Source: Bacteroidia bacterium
GTDB lineage: Bacteria > Bacteroidota > Bacteroidia > M30B66
Assembly: GCA_965279035.1 (NCBI GenBank)
Contig: OZ257142.1
Coordinates: 2,528,001-2,592,000, forward strand
Direction of reading: 5' to 3'
Length of the DNA stretch: 64,000 bases
Shown: one piece after another, positions 46,887 through 58,095 of the stretch
Layout of the letters: each line of letters opens with the position of its first letter
How positions within the stretch are numbered: the first letter of the stretch is position 1
Position numbers and translations under genes: made by a program
Notes under the pieces: model-generated
Seen by the model: only the letters and a program-made list of their open reading frames with translations
Told to the model about the DNA's origin: nothing
Database searches by the model: none

Positions 46887-48706
46887 TGTGATACAGAGGA
46901 AACGTTACTGTTGCTTGAAGATTGTGCAATAGTAGCAGGTTGTTTGAGTGTAAACTGAAACGGTTTAAAAGCAGAGTTTCCTTGTTTAGGCCAACGGAAA
47001 ATAAAGCGAGTGAATTTACCGACTTCCGATTCAAGCCAAATTGTTCCTCCACTTTCTTCAACAATTTTCTTTACAATAGCAAGTCCTACCCCAGTACTTT
47101 CGAACGTATCGCGAGCCTGAAGAGTTTGAAAAATAACAAAAATCTTATCGAAAAATTGTTCATCGATTCCCGGTCCATTATCTTCCACCGAGAAAACAAA
47201 ATCATCCTCCTCTTCAACACAAGAAACACGTATAAGGGTCAACTCTTTATCGCTGTGCTTAATTGCATTATTAATGAGGTTTGAGAATACCTGCTGCAAT
47301 TTCATTCGTTCGGTGAACAGAACAGGCAAGGATGGAGAAATGTCGACTTTGACATTCTCGTCTTGAACTAGAGTTTCAACCACTTCGTCAAGAAGTTCTT
47401 TCACATTCACATTGACGTTAGGACTTTTCACGCGGTCGGCACGAGAATAATCAAGAATCCCATTTATTAATCCTTCCATGCGCATGACGCGTCCTTTGAG
47501 CATTTTAAAATGATCACTTGCGTCTTCGGTAAATCGGTCTCCAATATCTTCTTCAATCCATGCAGTAAGATTGCTAATCGCTCGAAGCGGAGCTTTCAAG
47601 TCGTGCGAAACAACATAAGCGAATTTATCAAGTTCTTTATTCGCTTTTTCAAGGTATGTATAGTATTCAGCCATTTTCACCTCCGCCTTTTTGCGTTCTG
47701 AAATATCACTTTCAACGTGAACAAACCGAGATAAACGTCCATCATTTTCGACTATAGGCGTTATGGTCACTTGCACCCAAATAGTACTTCCATTTTTGTG
47801 ATACTTTTGAATTTCACCAGAAAAAGATTGCCTCTTTGAGGTGAGTTCCTGAATACGGGCTATTGTTTCCTTGCTCGTTAAAGGGCCATAAAACAAATCC
47901 TGTGGTTTTTTTCCAATAACTTCTTCAAAAGAAAAACCCTTCATTCGAACAAATCCTTCATTTACCCATTCGATAAATCCAAATTGGTCTGTAATAAGGA
48001 CTGAATTATCGGTACTAGAAGCAACAAGAGAAAGTTTCTTCAACTCTTCATTGTTTTTCTCAAGAGTCTCTTTTGCCTCAGTAACTTTAGCAATGACAAT
48101 ATTTTTGGAACTTTCTAGATTATTCGAAAGACTATAAATCAATAATGTTCCAGTACAATAGGTAATCAAGTAATCCATATTAAGCATATCGCCTGTTGAA
48201 TCACTATCGATGATATTTCTTACATCATGCCCAATGGTTGATGAGTAAATGTAAAAGAAGATTATGTTGATAATACTGATGATTGAAATGATCTTGCCTT
48301 CGCGATTGCCCAGCAACATAAATGCAACCAAAATGAATGAACCCAAATAGACCATCCCAGAATTTCGAATGCCGCCCGAATAGTAGGTTACAGCATGTAA
48401 AGTGAGAATCGAAGCGATGATTGCAATACGATATGAGAGTTTGTAATTAAGATGCTGGTTTAATGTAAAATAATTTAATCCAATAATGAATGTAAGTAAT
48501 ATGAGGGCTAATCCAATAAAGTCAAACCAATTAAAAATGGAGATAACTTGATACGTAATTGTTAAAGAAATCAGAAATGCAGTAAGGGAATACGTGCGAA
48601 ATAGATTGAGACGTTGTCGAGATATAAGATCATCTTCATGCAAGGGATGTTCCGCTTTGCGAATCAGAAGGAAATCAAGAATACGCTTGGTAAAGCTTTG
48701 TTTCAT
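46883..48706 (-). CDS. Membrane-bound PAS sensor histidine kinase
   Basis: ~6 N-terminal TMs, PAS/PAC, SHDLKAPL H-box, NLINNAIKH, DNGPGI, GVGL. Confidence 0.92.
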   Translation of the reverse strand: MKQSFTKRILDFLLIRKAEHPLHEDDLISRQRLNLFRTYSLTAFLISLTITYQVISIFNWFDFIGLALILLTFIIGLNYFTLNQHLNYKLSYRIAIIASILTLHAVTYYSGGIRNSGMVYLGSFILVAFMLLGNREGKIISIISIINIIFFYIYSSTIGHDVRNIIDSDSTGDMLNMDYLITYCTGTLLIYSLSNNLESSKNIVIAKVTEAKETLEKNNEELKKLSLVASSTDNSVLITDQFGFIEWVNEGFVRMKGFSFEEVIGKKPQDLFYGPLTSKETIARIQELTSKRQSFSGEIQKYHKNGSTIWVQVTITPIVENDGRLSRFVHVESDISERKKAEVKMAEYYTYLEKANKELDKFAYVVSHDLKAPLRAISNLTAWIEEDIGDRFTEDASDHFKMLKGRVMRMEGLINGILDYSRADRVKSPNVNVNVKELLDEVVETLVQDENVKVDISPSLPVLFTERMKLQQVFSNLINNAIKHSDKELTLIRVSCVEEEDDFVFSVEDNGPGIDEQFFDKIFVIFQTLQARDTFESTGVGLAIVKKIVEESGGTIWLESEVGKFTRFIFRWPKQGNSAFKPFQFTLKQPATIAQSSSNSNVSSVSQ

Positions 48707-48859
48707 TTCTTGGATTTTTATAAGACAACAGTCTTAAAAGTCACTCGTTCTTATTCGTCAAACTTCCAAATTGGTTACTTATGTATGTATATTAAAGCAA
48801 TCAATTTGCACATACATCTTACACGAAATCTGATAGGTATACTATTTTGAAGTATGAAG

Positions 48860-49774
48860 TTACTCTTTTTTTAATCTACCAATTAAAGGAAACCATTTTC
48901 CTTGTCGAATTCGTGGACGAGCTAAAGCCAAGTATAATCCTGTACCTGAAATAAATCCGAAAACAAAACCTTCTCTCAAAAAAACAAAACTCTGACTCCA
49001 ACCTTCCATAAATCCAATTGCAATAGCAGCAAATAAAAAGATAAGCCCCCAACCAATGAGCAGTTGAATACCAGCCATAGTTATTTTATTTTGGACAGGT
49101 TCAGAATGGAAAAATTCGGAATGATTGAGTGTATTATTCATCATTCGTCCCCAAGCAATCAACATACATAAAACAAGTCCAATCCCAAGTAAATATGTTT
49201 GTCCATCGGAAATGAGTGCATTGAATAATCCGTGAAAACTAGCGGCAATGGGATAGGCAAAACAAAAAACTATGAATCCGGGAATATTAGAGCGTTTCTT
49301 CAATGCATACATACAGTAAGCTATAAATGAAGAAGTAAACATGTGCATAACAGCAGTATAAAATGCTCTTCCTTCAATGATGTGAAGGTTTTTACTGAAA
49401 TACAACACATTTTCTAGAGCTGCAAAACCCATAGCACCAAGCGATGCATATTTGATATAATCGAATGATTCGTTAATGATACGTTTACTAAATAGTAAGA
49501 GAAGAAAGGGAGATATCTTGGCCAATTCCTCTACAGAAGCAACAGAAAAAAAATGAAATTGAAATCGGATTGCAAAGTTTCCTTCTTGAGGAAGAGCCGT
49601 AATCTGAGGAAAGAAATAATAAACGCAAAATACACCAGCAACAGAAAAAACTCCTAAGAAAAAACAAATCCATGTGTATCTCCATTGTTCTGGTTCAAAT
49701 ACATCCATTTGGCGAAGAAAACGGATGTAAACCAATGCAATTAAAAAAGAAGCAATTAGAGCGAAATAGAACAT
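48860..49774 (-). CDS. PrsW-family glutamic intramembrane protease
   Basis: D..EPE, VEELAK, GFAALEN, H..., FHGLFN motifs. Confidence 0.88.
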   Translation of the reverse strand: MFYFALIASFLIALVYIRFLRQMDVFEPEQWRYTWICFFLGVFSVAGVFCVYYFFPQITALPQEGNFAIRFQFHFFSVASVEELAKISPFLLLLFSKRIINESFDYIKYASLGAMGFAALENVLYFSKNLHIIEGRAFYTAVMHMFTSSFIAYCMYALKKRSNIPGFIVFCFAYPIAASFHGLFNALISDGQTYLLGIGLVLCMLIAWGRMMNNTLNHSEFFHSEPVQNKITMAGIQLLIGWGLIFLFAAIAIGFMEGWSQSFVFLREGFVFGFISGTGLYLALARPRIRQGKWFPLIGRLKKE

Positions 49775-49851
49775 AAAGAGAAATAAAAATGAAATATACA
49801 AAAATGAAATTCTGGCATTTTAGAAACTATTAAAATGATGTAGCTTGCATT

Positions 49852-50370
49852 ATGATTTGGAATGACTTGCTTCAAATAACAGGAAGAACAGTAGCGGTAT
49901 ATTTATTTATCGTTTTATTTCTAAGAATATTTGGAAAAAAAGAATTAGCACAACTTTCTGTTGTAGATCTAGTTTTTATCTTGTTAATAAGTAATTCAGT
50001 ACAAAATGCCATGTTAGGTCCTGATACTTCTTTAATAGGTGGATTAATCGCAGCAGGTACATTATTCTTAATTAATTTTATATTTAAATACTTGTTTCGA
50101 AAGATTCCTCATTTCAATAAGTTTGTTCAAGGTGAGCCCATCATGCTGATATATAAGGGAATCGTTAAGAATGAGAATCTAAAGAAAATTCAAATGAGTC
50201 ATGATGAACTCGAAGCTGCTGTTAGAGAACATGGAATTGAATCAATAGCAAAAGTTGATATAGCTGTATTTGAAGTTGATGGAAATATTAGCGTTCTTTC
50301 TCAAGATTTCACTAAACATACACAACGTCGACACAAAACGCATAAACCCAATCTAAACTCCCCCATGTAA
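49852..50370 (+). CDS. DUF421 (YetF) membrane protein
   Basis: [26 protein letters not shown]. Confidence 0.9.
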   Translation: MIWNDLLQITGRTVAVYLFIVLFLRIFGKKELAQLSVVDLVFILLISNSVQNAMLGPDTSLIGGLIAAGTLFLINFIFKYLFRKIPHFNKFVQGEPIMLIYKGIVKNENLKKIQMSHDELEAAVREHGIESIAKVDIAVFEVDGNISVLSQDFTKHTQRRHKTHKPNLNSPM

Positions 50371-50906
50371 TGCATCCTTGGCATGATATATCACCCGGAT
50401 CGTTTCTACCTGAACGCGTATTGGCTATTATTGAAATTCCTAAAGGAAGTAAAGCTAAATATGAGGTAGATAAACCGAGTGGATTAATAAAACTTGATCG
50501 GGTTTTATTTTCAGCTGTTCACTATCCTGCAAATTATGGTTTCATTCCCCAAACATATGCTGGAGATAACGATCCATTAGATATTCTCGTTTTTAGTCAA
50601 ATTGATTTTCCTCCTTTAACTCTTGTTGAAGCAACTGTTATTGGGGTTATGCGAATGGTAGATAAAGGAGAAATTGATGCTAAAATTATTGCTGTTGCTA
50701 CTCAGGATATTTCTGTGAACTATTTAAACGAGCTTTCTGAATTACCTCCTCATACAATGATGGAAGTACAGCGTTTTTTTGAAGATTACAAAAAGCTTGA
50801 AAACAAGAACCCCGTAGTAATTCCGACTATTTTAGGTAAAGAAGATGCATTCAAAATCATTCAAGAAAGCATAAAGGAATATACAAAGCGATTTCCTAAA
50901 AAGTAA
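50370..50906 (+). CDS. ppa: Soluble family I inorganic pyrophosphatase
   Basis: [34 protein letters not shown]. Confidence 0.96.
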   Translation: MHPWHDISPGSFLPERVLAIIEIPKGSKAKYEVDKPSGLIKLDRVLFSAVHYPANYGFIPQTYAGDNDPLDILVFSQIDFPPLTLVEATVIGVMRMVDKGEIDAKIIAVATQDISVNYLNELSELPPHTMMEVQRFFEDYKKLENKNPVVIPTILGKEDAFKIIQESIKEYTKRFPKK

Positions 50907-50908
50907 AT

Positions 50909-53900
50909 TTATTTGTTTTGCTTTTTATCGTTAAATAATTCGCCAAGATTATCAAACTCCCGTCTGTAAAACAAACCTACACCTTGTGTATAGGGTACGT
51001 CATTACTTAAAAGTAAATACTGATTGGATCGATTGAAAACGCGAATCCTAACAGTTCCGTCCTCAGTTAATTTAACTTCAATATTAAATTCTCCCACCAT
51101 ATTAGTTGTATTGGCTGAAGTTGTATTTGTTCCAGCTGTACCAACATTTCCATCTATACTCACCCGATCGTTGAATAATTGTGTTTGTAAATTCACAGAA
51201 ACCTGGTCTTTACTCGCGGCTCCACCTTGGCTATAATTGACACCAATATTAACATCATTACTTAATTGCGATAACATATTACTTAATTGACTAGATATTA
51301 ATTCCCCTGCATTTGAGCCAACACCATTAATTCCTGTAGTTTCGGTTGCACCTCCTTGATTAGGTAAGAAGCTTTTAAACATTACTAATGAAAAAATCTG
51401 TTTATTCAGTTCATCTTCACTATAGATTTGAGATTTAAAAAGATTGATGGTATTATCATCAGCGTTAGGTAATGCAATATCAAATGTAATTTGAGGCTTC
51501 ATGAGTTTATCATTTAAATTCATGATCGCATTGACATCAATTGTTCTTTTTACTGCTGCACTTGAATCAATGTTTTTAACAAGATTGTAAAGTGATGTTC
51601 TTACTTTATAAATCGCTGTTAAATTAATATCTGCATCATAAGGATCGCCTTTAAAACTAATGACACCACCCTTTTGTAAAACAAATTTCTTATTGATTAC
51701 ATTTTGTAAAGTGAATAAATAATCACCATGATCTATATAGTAATCACCATATATATTAAACTCACCTGCTTCAGTTACTTCCATTCTTAAATTAGCTGTC
51801 CCATTTCCTTTAATCATATCTCCAACTTTGGGATCAAAAAGTAAATAAGCTTCAGCATCCGGAGTAACTTCCAAATTAAAATTTAATTCATATCCTTTAG
51901 AGCTAATTTTCCGAGAACTTAATTTACGTAATGGTTTAATTTCCCCTTTCTTTTCAAATGTAATAAAGTCTTGTTGACTCACATCGCTTGTACCCGTTAA
52001 TGGGAGAAAAAATGTTGTACCCTTTTCGGTTTTAGCATTAATATTCATTACAATATTGTCGAGAGGACCATTTGCTCTAAATGTACCCGAAACAAAAGCT
52101 TTACCATAGAATAAATCGCTTTGGTTTTCATTCGTATTTAAAGCTTGAAGAGAGTTCGCTTAAGAAAAACATCAAAATAAAAATCATCATAATTTGTATG
52201 ACTTATCTTCAAATCAAGTTTACCTGAATTAGAATTTTCATCTGTAATTTGAATGTTTTTAGCTTGAATTTGATTCTTCGTTACAATGAATTCATGAGCA
52301 AAGAAATAGCGTGTATTTAATAATCCAATTGTTACAGCAGTTCGTTTTAAATTAATTGTACCGTTTGTAATTAAATCGTCAGGTGATCCTGTTAAATGAA
52401 TGTTTCCATCAGCTAAGCCACTTATATCTGAAAATATATCCTCCAAATATTTCTTAAAAAGAGATATTTGAATATTATTCATTGCTAATTGTATATCAAT
52501 ATTATTTTTTTGTTTTGAAGGAATAAAATAACCGTTAAATGCTAATTTAGGAACTGAACCAGTTTTGATTTGTCCATCTAATAATATCCGTTCAGTTTTC
52601 GGATCCCATTTACTTGTAATAAGTCCATCACCAATAAGATCATTGTTAATTTGAATATTTTTCATATCCAAATCACTTTTAAAGAAAGGTCTACCAAAAA
52701 GGTCTGCAATAGATATAATACCTCGAGTAGAACCCTCAAGTTTAATATCTGATTCGGAGATAAATGGATTTAAATTTCGAAGTTGAAAATTATCCAAAAC
52801 TAAATCTAGCTCATCTTTTTCATCTTTACTTACTTTACCATCAATCCTTATAAATTCCTTTTGATGTGTAAATGACAAATTATTAAATTGAACTAAACCA
52901 GTATCAATAACGATTGAGTTCTCTTCGTTTACTTGCCATAAAGTATCTTCAATTAGAATTAATGAAGGAAGAACTTGGATGTTTATTCGAGATCCTGAAA
53001 ACGAAGCCTTTGCATTTAATTGAGCATCTGGTGCATCTAACCTTTTTCTAGAAGCCCATTTAAAATTCATACCAAGGCTATCCGTTATAGCATTCGATCT
53101 TAGTTGAACATAATTTACTTGAACACTGTCAGTAATAAACATTTTTTGTGCTCCTGCATAGAATTTCAACTTATGGTTCTCTGAATTAGCTTGTGAATTA
53201 AAGTCTTCAAATCGAACACCTCCAATTAATAATTTGGAAGAATTAATATCGATATTTAAAATATTTCCGGTTGATGAAAAATTGCCATTAATCTTAGTTC
53301 CAGGACTAATAATAACCGAAGGAAAAAAAAGATCTGATATTAAATCAATGTCTTTTATGGCGACAGAAAAATTAAATTTCTGATTAAACTCTTCTGTTTT
53401 ATCAATATGTATACTAGTAAAACTTGGTAAAAAACTATTTAACACTTTTGAAACTGCATCTGATAAACTAGCTAATCTAAATGCCCCATCAATTTTAGCA
53501 TCCAACATATCAGAATATAAATGAATTGATTTTGCCTCAGATTCACCATAAGATTCAAATAATAAATCTTCCATTTTGTAATGCTGAGTTCCATAAATAA
53601 CAGATGTTTGAGCCATTTCAATTTGGCCTTCAACTTGATCTAATGATTTGCCTTTGAACTTACTTGTGATTTCAGTTGAAAGTATTAATGCGGAATCGCG
53701 TTTAACTAATTTAAGTTCTGTTAAGTTTATTTTATGAATATCAGCTTGAAAATCAAAATCCGGTTTTTCACCTGAAAGATCAACTAAACCTGAAAAATTC
53801 AAATTCAAATTTGAGTCATTTACTTTCAATTTTCCATCATACGTTTTACCATTTACAATTCCAGTTGCAGTAATATTCGAATACGAATACCCATTTAATT

Positions 53901-55290
53901 GAATAAATGGAATTGTACAATTGATCTCTGCTTTCAAATTTTCCTCATCAAATCCAATCCCATTGATTTCGGAATTAATAGATAAATCGCCTAGTCGAGG
54001 TTCAATGCCTAATAACTTACCAATTTTAGCTTCAGCAGAACCAAATCGACCTGCATATGCATATTGATTTAATTCACTTCGAAACCAGACACGTAAATCA
54101 GCTTCTAGATCGCCAACATCTGTTGAGAACTTACCTTCCGCTTTCACATCATCTAAATAACCGGTTAAGGTTCCACGATATGATATTATACCCATTTTAG
54201 AAACCATCTCGGGTAGAGCGAGTTTCTCTCCAGAACTGAATGGATAAGATTGAATTTGATCTAAGTCTGATTTGGATGTTTGTAATTCAACTATGTTATA
54301 ATGAAAATACATTTTATCAGTATCAGGTAAACCATCCATTTCATAACTTCCTATAAATCGACTATCTTCTCCAAAACTTAAAAGTGTATTGAATCCTTTT
54401 AAATGATCAACAGTTCCTTTAAAACCTCCTGAATATTCAATTTGCTGTTTAAGTCCTTTTAATTCAGGGGCAAAAACAGCCAATTCATCTAAATCGACAG
54501 ACGATTTTCGAATTTTCCCTCTCATTTGAACTTTTTCAATAAAATCACTCAGATCATCGTAAGTATCATAATCAAAATGAGCTTTCCCTTCTAAGAAACT
54601 TTTTGGTGTTCGAATACTCATATTGGAAAAATCCATCATGGTATAAGCAACAATAAAATCAGCATTAAAATCATCCACTTGAAATCCACTAGATTCTTTG
54701 AATTTCATGTGACTCAACTTTCCAGATAAAGAATCATCAATGATCAAAAAATTGCTCAATTTTGCTGATATGTCGCGAATTTGAATGTGATTATAATTCA
54801 TTCCAAATCCAGTATCTGGAATTGTATCACGGAATTCATACGTAAAATCAACATTTTCTACATCAACATCCCAAAAGAACATTTCGGGTGGTTTTGATTT
54901 TAATTTTGAGGTTGTGTCCTTAGGTCCATTGATAGCATCCAAGATAAATTGAATGTTTAAATCCTCTTCTCCTTCAAATTGCCTCACATTAAATTGACCG
55001 TCACGAATTGTTGCATGATCAAAGTCAAAGTGAGAAAAACCTAAATACACATCATCAAAATTTGCTTCTACATAGTCAGCATACAATAATGTGTCTTTAT
55101 GAAGATCTTCGACATAAAATCCCTCTAAAGTTACTCGATCGAAGAAGCGTAATTTAATTGCCCGAATATCAACTTTAGCCCCGATTTCGCTACTAATTCT
55201 GGCAGCAACTTCTTTTGCCAACCACGTTTGAAATCTCCCACTTTGAAATAACACAATGCACCCAGTGAGTAAAATCAACACGGAGAGCAA
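50909..55290 (-). CDS. tamB: Translocation/assembly module TamB family protein, split by an apparent 1-nt deletion near 52160
   Basis: ORFs 52138-55290 and 50909-52048 join into one ~1460-aa protein if one base is restored; C-terminal DUF490-type GDPYDA..., YTQGVGLFYRREF; divergent from tsaD. Confidence 0.85.
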
Positions 55291-55336
55291 AAAAAAACCT
55301 GTTATTTTGCGAAGTAGTTTAATAGTAAATAAATTT

Positions 55337-56359
55337 ATGAGGAATCAACCGGTGTATATATTAGGCATTGAATCTTCTTGTGACGATACAGCGGCTGCTA
55401 TTCTGGCCGACGACAAAATGCTTGCCAATGTAATTGCTGGTCAAGAAGTCCACCGAAACTGGGGAGGAGTTGTTCCTGAATTAGCATCTAGAGCACATCA
55501 GCAGCACATTGTTCCGGTAGTGGAAGAAGCGCTTCGAGTAGCAAAAATAAGCAAACATGAGCTACATGCAGTAGCTTATACGCGCGGACCTGGATTATTA
55601 GGTAGTTTACTAGTTGGGAGTTCATTTGCAAAAGGTTTTTCATTTGGCCTAGGTATTCCACTTATTGAAATTAATCATATGCAAGCTCATATTCTTGCTC
55701 ATTTTATTCAAGGAGAAAACCCCGCCCCTAAATTTCCATTTTTATGTTTAACCGTTTCTGGAGGTCATACACAGATAGTTCAGGTGAATAGTCCATTTGA
55801 AATGAAAGTCATTGGAGAAACTCTTGATGATGCCGCCGGTGAAGCATTTGATAAAGTGGCAAAAATTCTTGGTTTACCTTATCCTGGAGGACCTATGGTT
55901 GATCAATTAGCAAAAACAGGAAATAGTCAACGATTTAAATTTACAGAGCCCAAAGCGGAAGGATTTGATTTTAGTTTTAGTGGTTTAAAAACTTCCTTTT
56001 TGTACTTGGTCAGAGATGAAATGAAGAAAGATCCTGATTTTATTAATAAGAATTTAAATGATTTATGTGCTTCAATTCAGTTTACCATTGTAAAAATCCT
56101 CGTTAGTAAAATCAAGCAGGCTGCTCAGATGTTAAAGATACAGTCTCTCGCTTTAGCAGGTGGAGTTTCTGCAAATTCACATTTGCGCAATGAAATACAA
56201 GCTCTTAGTAAAGATGGATTTACGGTTCACATTCCGGCATTTGAATATTGTACCGACAATGCTGCAATGGTGGCTATTTCAGGATACTACAAGTATATAG
56301 CTGGAGAATTTTCATCTGAAAACGAAAGCTCATTAGCCCGTTATCCATTAACTAGGTAA
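55337..56359 (+). CDS. tsaD: tRNA N6-threonylcarbamoyltransferase
   Basis: LGIESSCDDT, GGVVPELASRAH, NHMQAH, VSGGHT, DDAAGEAFDK, CTDNAAM. Confidence 0.97.
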   Translation: MRNQPVYILGIESSCDDTAAAILADDKMLANVIAGQEVHRNWGGVVPELASRAHQQHIVPVVEEALRVAKISKHELHAVAYTRGPGLLGSLLVGSSFAKGFSFGLGIPLIEINHMQAHILAHFIQGENPAPKFPFLCLTVSGGHTQIVQVNSPFEMKVIGETLDDAAGEAFDKVAKILGLPYPGGPMVDQLAKTGNSQRFKFTEPKAEGFDFSFSGLKTSFLYLVRDEMKKDPDFINKNLNDLCASIQFTIVKILVSKIKQAAQMLKIQSLALAGGVSANSHLRNEIQALSKDGFTVHIPAFEYCTDNAAMVAISGYYKYIAGEFSSENESSLARYPLTR

Positions 56360-56369
56360 TTTCTAAATT

Positions 56370-56954
56370 TTACTTCTTTTCAGCTTGTTTTTTTTCTTCA
56401 TTTAATGTGACAGGTTCATCTGCTTTAGATGTATCTGAATTCATTTTTTCAAATTCACGAATGAGTTCTTCATCCGATTTACCTAAATTTTTAATTGATG
56501 CTTCAGCACTAGCAGCAAATTCGTGATTCGGATACTTTTTAAGAAACTCTCTATAGTAGTTGCCAGCTAAAGCATCATCATTCAATTGATTATCATACAC
56601 AAAGCCTTTATAAAATAAAGCCTCAGCAGCACGTTTATGATCAGGATAAACATTAGTAAACTTATCGAGTATATCCAATGCCGATTTTCCCCAATTTAAA
56701 CTCATGCTCAAGTTTGCTGCTTTGAAAAGATATTCTGGAGCTAAAGAATCGGTTGGATATTTCTCTGCAAATTCGGTGTAAGCAACTTGGAGATTATATG
56801 CGGCAACTTCGTCTTTCGCTTTGAGTGAGTCCTGCAATAAACGCGATTCCAGGTCTTTAATTTTACTCAATTTCTCTTCTCTTCCACCATTACATGCAGC
56901 TAGTAAAAGTAAAACTGATAAGCTGAAAGCTGAAAAATACGTTGTTAATTTCAT
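56370..56954 (-). CDS. TPR-containing lipoprotein (YfiO/CpoB-like repeats)
   Basis: Lipobox LLAAC; repeated F..KYP....A helical hairpin motifs. Confidence 0.8.
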   Translation of the reverse strand: MKLTTYFSAFSLSVLLLLAACNGGREEKLSKIKDLESRLLQDSLKAKDEVAAYNLQVAYTEFAEKYPTDSLAPEYLFKAANLSMSLNWGKSALDILDKFTNVYPDHKRAAEALFYKGFVYDNQLNDDALAGNYYREFLKKYPNHEFAASAEASIKNLGKSDEELIREFEKMNSDTSKADEPVTLNEEKKQAEKK

Positions 56955-57000
56955 GGATCTTTATTAAGTTAATTTGCGTAAAAATAGAAAAAGCAAAACA

Positions 57001-57564
57001 CTACCTACGAAATTGAGGAAATTTCATTCGATAATCAACTTTCACTTTTCCTTTTGAGATTTCTTGGAGCTTACCACGTAAAAGTGTTCTTCTTAATTGA
57101 CTGAGTCGATCTGTAAACAAAATACCATCAATATGATCATATTCATGTTGAATTATTCGAGCTAATATACCATCAAACGTTTCTTCAAACGAATTGAAAT
57201 TTTCATCTTGGTATCTCAATCGAATTACCGGTTTCCTTTCTACATCTTCCCGAATATGTGGAATACTCAAACAACCTTCATTGAATTTCCATTCTTCTCC
57301 CGAATCTTCAATAATTTCAGCATTAATAAATACCTTTTTCACACCCTCCAATTCTGGATGCTCATCGGCAAAAGGGGATGCATCAAGTACAAATAATCGT
57401 ATTGAAACTCCAACTTGTGGTGCAGCCAAACCAACTCCAGGAGCATTGTACATTGTTTCGAACATATTGGCGATAAGCTCGGCTAAGCCCGGATGCTCTG
57501 CATCTATAAAGGCTCCTTTCTGTTTTAAAACGGGCGTTCCGTATGCGACAATCGGTAATATCAT
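57001..57564 (-). CDS. def: Peptide deformylase
   Basis: GVGLAAPQVG, EGCLS, QHEYDH. Confidence 0.97.
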   Translation of the reverse strand: MILPIVAYGTPVLKQKGAFIDAEHPGLAELIANMFETMYNAPGVGLAAPQVGVSIRLFVLDASPFADEHPELEGVKKVFINAEIIEDSGEEWKFNEGCLSIPHIREDVERKPVIRLRYQDENFNSFEETFDGILARIIQHEYDHIDGILFTDRLSQLRRTLLRGKLQEISKGKVKVDYRMKFPQFRR

Positions 57565-57573
57565 TTTGCAAAA

Positions 57574-57999
57574 TTACATTTTTCCAAATTGTATTTGCTC
57601 CATATAGCTTTGTAAAATAATCACCGCACTTAAAGTATCTATCAATGATTTGTCTTTACGTTGTTTTTTACTTGCCCCAGCTTCTATCAATGTGCCGAAT
57701 GCTATCTTACTTGTGAATCGTTCATCAATACGTACAATTTTTACTGTAGGAAATGCCTTTTCGATTGCTCTAACAAAATTGTTTAACGATTCTTGAGGAC
57801 CACTAGAAGTTCCATCAAGATGCTTTGGATCACCAATAACGATTGTTTCTACATTCTCTTTTGAAAGGTAAAGCTTCAAATAGGGGATTGTTTCTTCATT
57901 TGAAACTGTTTTTAAAGGATTGGCGATTAATTGCAAATTGTCGGTTACTGCAATTCCAATTCGTTTTGTTCCAAAATCTAAAGCTAAAATTCGAGGCAT
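57574..57999 (-). CDS. ruvX: YqgF/RuvX putative pre-16S rRNA nuclease
   Basis: ILALDFGTKRIGIAVTD, DERFTS, ID..SAVIILQSY; ATG at 57999. Confidence 0.95.
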   Translation of the reverse strand: MPRILALDFGTKRIGIAVTDNLQLIANPLKTVSNEETIPYLKLYLSKENVETIVIGDPKHLDGTSSGPQESLNNFVRAIEKAFPTVKIVRIDERFTSKIAFGTLIEAGASKKQRKDKSLIDTLSAVIILQSYMEQIQFGKM

Positions 58000-58095
58000 A
58001 AAAAGAATTCTTTGAGAATGATTCGTTCGTTGTAAAGATGATATAATATTTGAATTCGAAAATGCATGTACGTACATTTAGTTTATCTTTGAATT

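Noticed and set aside
50909-52048. Separate DUF490 gene, and separate 130-aa gene at 61269-61661
   Set aside because: Both are C-terminal parts of tamB and mfd displaced by single-base frameshifts
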